IMG/VR virus record: IMGVR_UViG_3300024259_001623
DNA length: 64,000 nt
Source of the DNA: a virus
Taxonomy: Duplodnaviria > Caudoviricetes
Reading direction: 5' to 3' (one strand)
Shown here: one piece after another, positions 61,583 to 64,000 of the stretch
Position numbering within the stretch: the first letter of the stretch is position 1
Layout of the letters: each line of letters begins with the position of its first letter
Notes under the pieces: generated by a model
The model's input: only the letters and a program-made list of their open reading frames with translations
The model's database searches: none
Told to the model about the DNA's origin: nothing
Program-made: the position numbers and the translations under genes

Positions 61583-63796
61583 AAACTCATGTTCCTTCTT
61601 TAAAATTATGTAAAATTATTATTTTAGGTCAAACATGACGCTCTGAGGAACAAAAACCTCATACTTCTTCGTCTCTTTAGCATTGAATGAAACAAGGCAA
61701 ATCCACCAAGGAGTAGGAACGTAACGATGAGTATAAACGACCCGAGGTTTGTCAGATGAAAGATCATCCTTGATAATCTTGCATTCTTTGACGCTGTAAG
61801 GGACTACAATTCTTTTACCGTCTAAGTCATGTAAAATTAAATTAATGCCCTTAGCGTCCGTTTCTGAGCTTACAATGGCATTTTCTGCGTCAGTACCCTC
61901 AAGGACTTCGGTGGTATACGTATTTTGAACAAACTCATCGCTTGTCATGTCTTGACTGGCAGAATGACAGCCAATGGTGATCCCAGTAACAACACAAGTA
62001 AAAAATACCAAAACTACAATAACAGCGATGGTATCTCCAAGATCTTTGTAATGATTATTATCCTTGTAATAAGAAACCAACGGCAGAAAAATCGACAGAC
62101 TCAGTAAAATCCAAAATATCATCGTTTTGTCCTTTCCCTAATTTGGAAAACAGTGTTATGACTTACAACAAGTTGATACTCAACGAGAGTACGAACTCTA
62201 TAACTGTATGGAGATATCCACCAAGGAACATCTACATACGATTTATCAATATTTAATACAGGTTTTGCTTCTTTCACATCTGTATATACAATCTCAAAAT
62301 TATCGTCATTCATTGTAAATTCTTTACCAGAAACGAATAACGATAATTCAGAATCCTCTTTGGTGATTGAAATAACTGGATTTCCAGCATCTCTAACAGG
62401 GATAATTAGTGATTCCCGCTCATGAGTTTCTTGATTTTGATCAGTAACAGCAGCCATATGTAATATAGCAACTATATTAGTTATGCCTACAACTACTAAA
62501 AATAAACTCATCGCTATAGGAATAACTACTGGATGAAAACGACCTTTAGCCATAATACCTATAGTTATTAAAACAGCAGCTATAATCATTAATATCCAAA
62601 ATATCATCTTATTGCCCTTCTACAGGGATTGAATCTTTCCCTGTTATTTTTTTCTTCGCAATTAATAATTTTACCCGAAAATTCAGGGAGAAAATCCCCC
62701 CCTGTTTATCTCAACGCAGTATGAAAATCTTTTTTATCTAAAAATACTTTCATAGCTTTGTCATGATCCGCTTTCTTCATAAAGACTTTCATAAATACAG
62801 CATCGCCATGAATCCCAGCAGCGATGAAGTCTTTACGATATACTGTCACAGGGATAACAATGTCATTAGAAAACTTGGTTAAATGATGAGCCGCACCTTC
62901 CTCCGTACAATAAACATGAATGCCTTTCTCAATTACATTATAGGTGGAATCGTCCCTCAACGTTCGCTTCTCACCATTAGTCAATGCTTTTTCAATACGA
63001 TCAGATTTGATCCAACCAGGAGTATATTCTTTGCAGCGCCATCTATAAGGAGAACGTAATGATGCGGTTCCCCATCGCTTTTTGATCCATAAAGCCTTAA
63101 ACATAACAAGCTTACCACCATTCTCATCAAATAACTTGTTGATCCTAGCAGTAGCTTTATCATCAATGTATAAACACATAGTCTTCTTCCTTAATTTTCA
63201 AATCTATTATTTATTTTTCGCCCACCAATATTATCAATAAGATAATAGATTTATTTTTTATTCCCAAATATTCTACGCCAGAATCGTTTCCGACGTTTAG
63301 CGTTTACTTCAGCACAAAATACCAGGAAAGCTTTCAGGGACTTCTGAGCAGACGGTAATACAGCCAACTTTTGTACAGTTACTACAGGCATATCAATAAC
63401 CCTCACAGTAGCTCTATCCCAAGCAGGAGGATTAGATGGATCATAACTAATAGGAGGAAGCTCTACAGCAGGACGAGGCTGCTGAACACAAGAAAACATT
63501 GACTTATAAGGACCAGACTTATAAGGATCAGACTTGATAGAATTCTCTCTAATATAATCATCCATCTTTGGATCAATATAATTAATTTTATTAATATATT
63601 TTTCATTCATATAACTCTTATTATGAATGATGCTGTAAGTATCATAAATGTCATCCCGACCAGAATCATACCTGCAACATTTACCATAATCATGTTCTTT
63701 AACCATTGTATTAGTTCCTTATTTTATTATTAATAACTAAAATGAATTAAATTATTAATTGTTGGGGTAACGCCTCATTAAATAGAGATTAATTAA

Positions 63797-63873
63797 CTCC
63801 AGACATATTTGAAAAGTACTCCAGACATATTTGAAAAGTACTCCAGACATATTTTACTTTTTGTACCAGACAT
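63797..63873. repeat. 22-bp tandem repeat (2 full and 2 partial copies), iteron-like
   Basis: CTCCAGACATATTTGAAAAGTA x2, then partial copies, next to an AT-rich noncoding tract. Confidence 0.85.
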
Positions 63874-64000
63874 TTTTCAAACGTATTCTCAGCATATTCT
63901 CATAACGTATTCAAGTGTCTTTTTCTATTTTATTTTTACATTTAATTAATAAATATTAAATATATAATTTGGTAGTGTATACTGTATACAAAAGTGTATA

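Larger units (their letters stand above)
18370..63345 (-). promoter_or_regulatory. Dispersed strand-specific motif TCCCTGA (extended consensus WTTCTCCCTGAAWA), roughly 70 copies
   Basis: TCAGGGA on + at 18370, 20050, 21242, 21457, 21755, 22415, 23464, 23794, 27119, 27762, 40902, 47621, 58536, 62683 and many more. Usually 25-45 nt upstream of a start codon or tRNA. The total is an eye count. Confidence 0.85.

Overview
This window looks like part of a large dsDNA phage genome in standard genetic code 11, with three blocks. (1) 1-15.5 kb is AT-rich and on the minus strand. It holds a >1485-aa poly-Ser/beta-helix protein that runs off the left edge and is missing from the ORF track. It also holds 16 consecutive genes sharing an N-terminal M-N/S-(N)-W-Y...K-x-A leader, 11 of them (12 domains) a tandem paralog family, downstream of a subtilase with a basic insertion. 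(2) 15.6-18.0 kb is a short plus-strand block with a DNA methyltransferase and Cys-rich proteins. (3) 18.3-63.7 kb is a minus-strand block of mostly small genes, punctuated by roughly 70 (eye count) strand-specific TCCCTGA motifs. It carries 5 canonical tRNAs, one atypical tRNA, several tRNA-like RNAs with the anticodon arm replaced (one circularly permuted, YrlA-like) and a 36-aa type IV pilin-like peptide. It also carries PARP, NADAR, two RNA ligases, a metallophosphoesterase, a sigma factor, SprT, HNH and GIY-YIG nucleases, a PRTase and a GT4 glycosyltransferase. All calls come from reading motifs by eye; no searches were run. The host is unknown.
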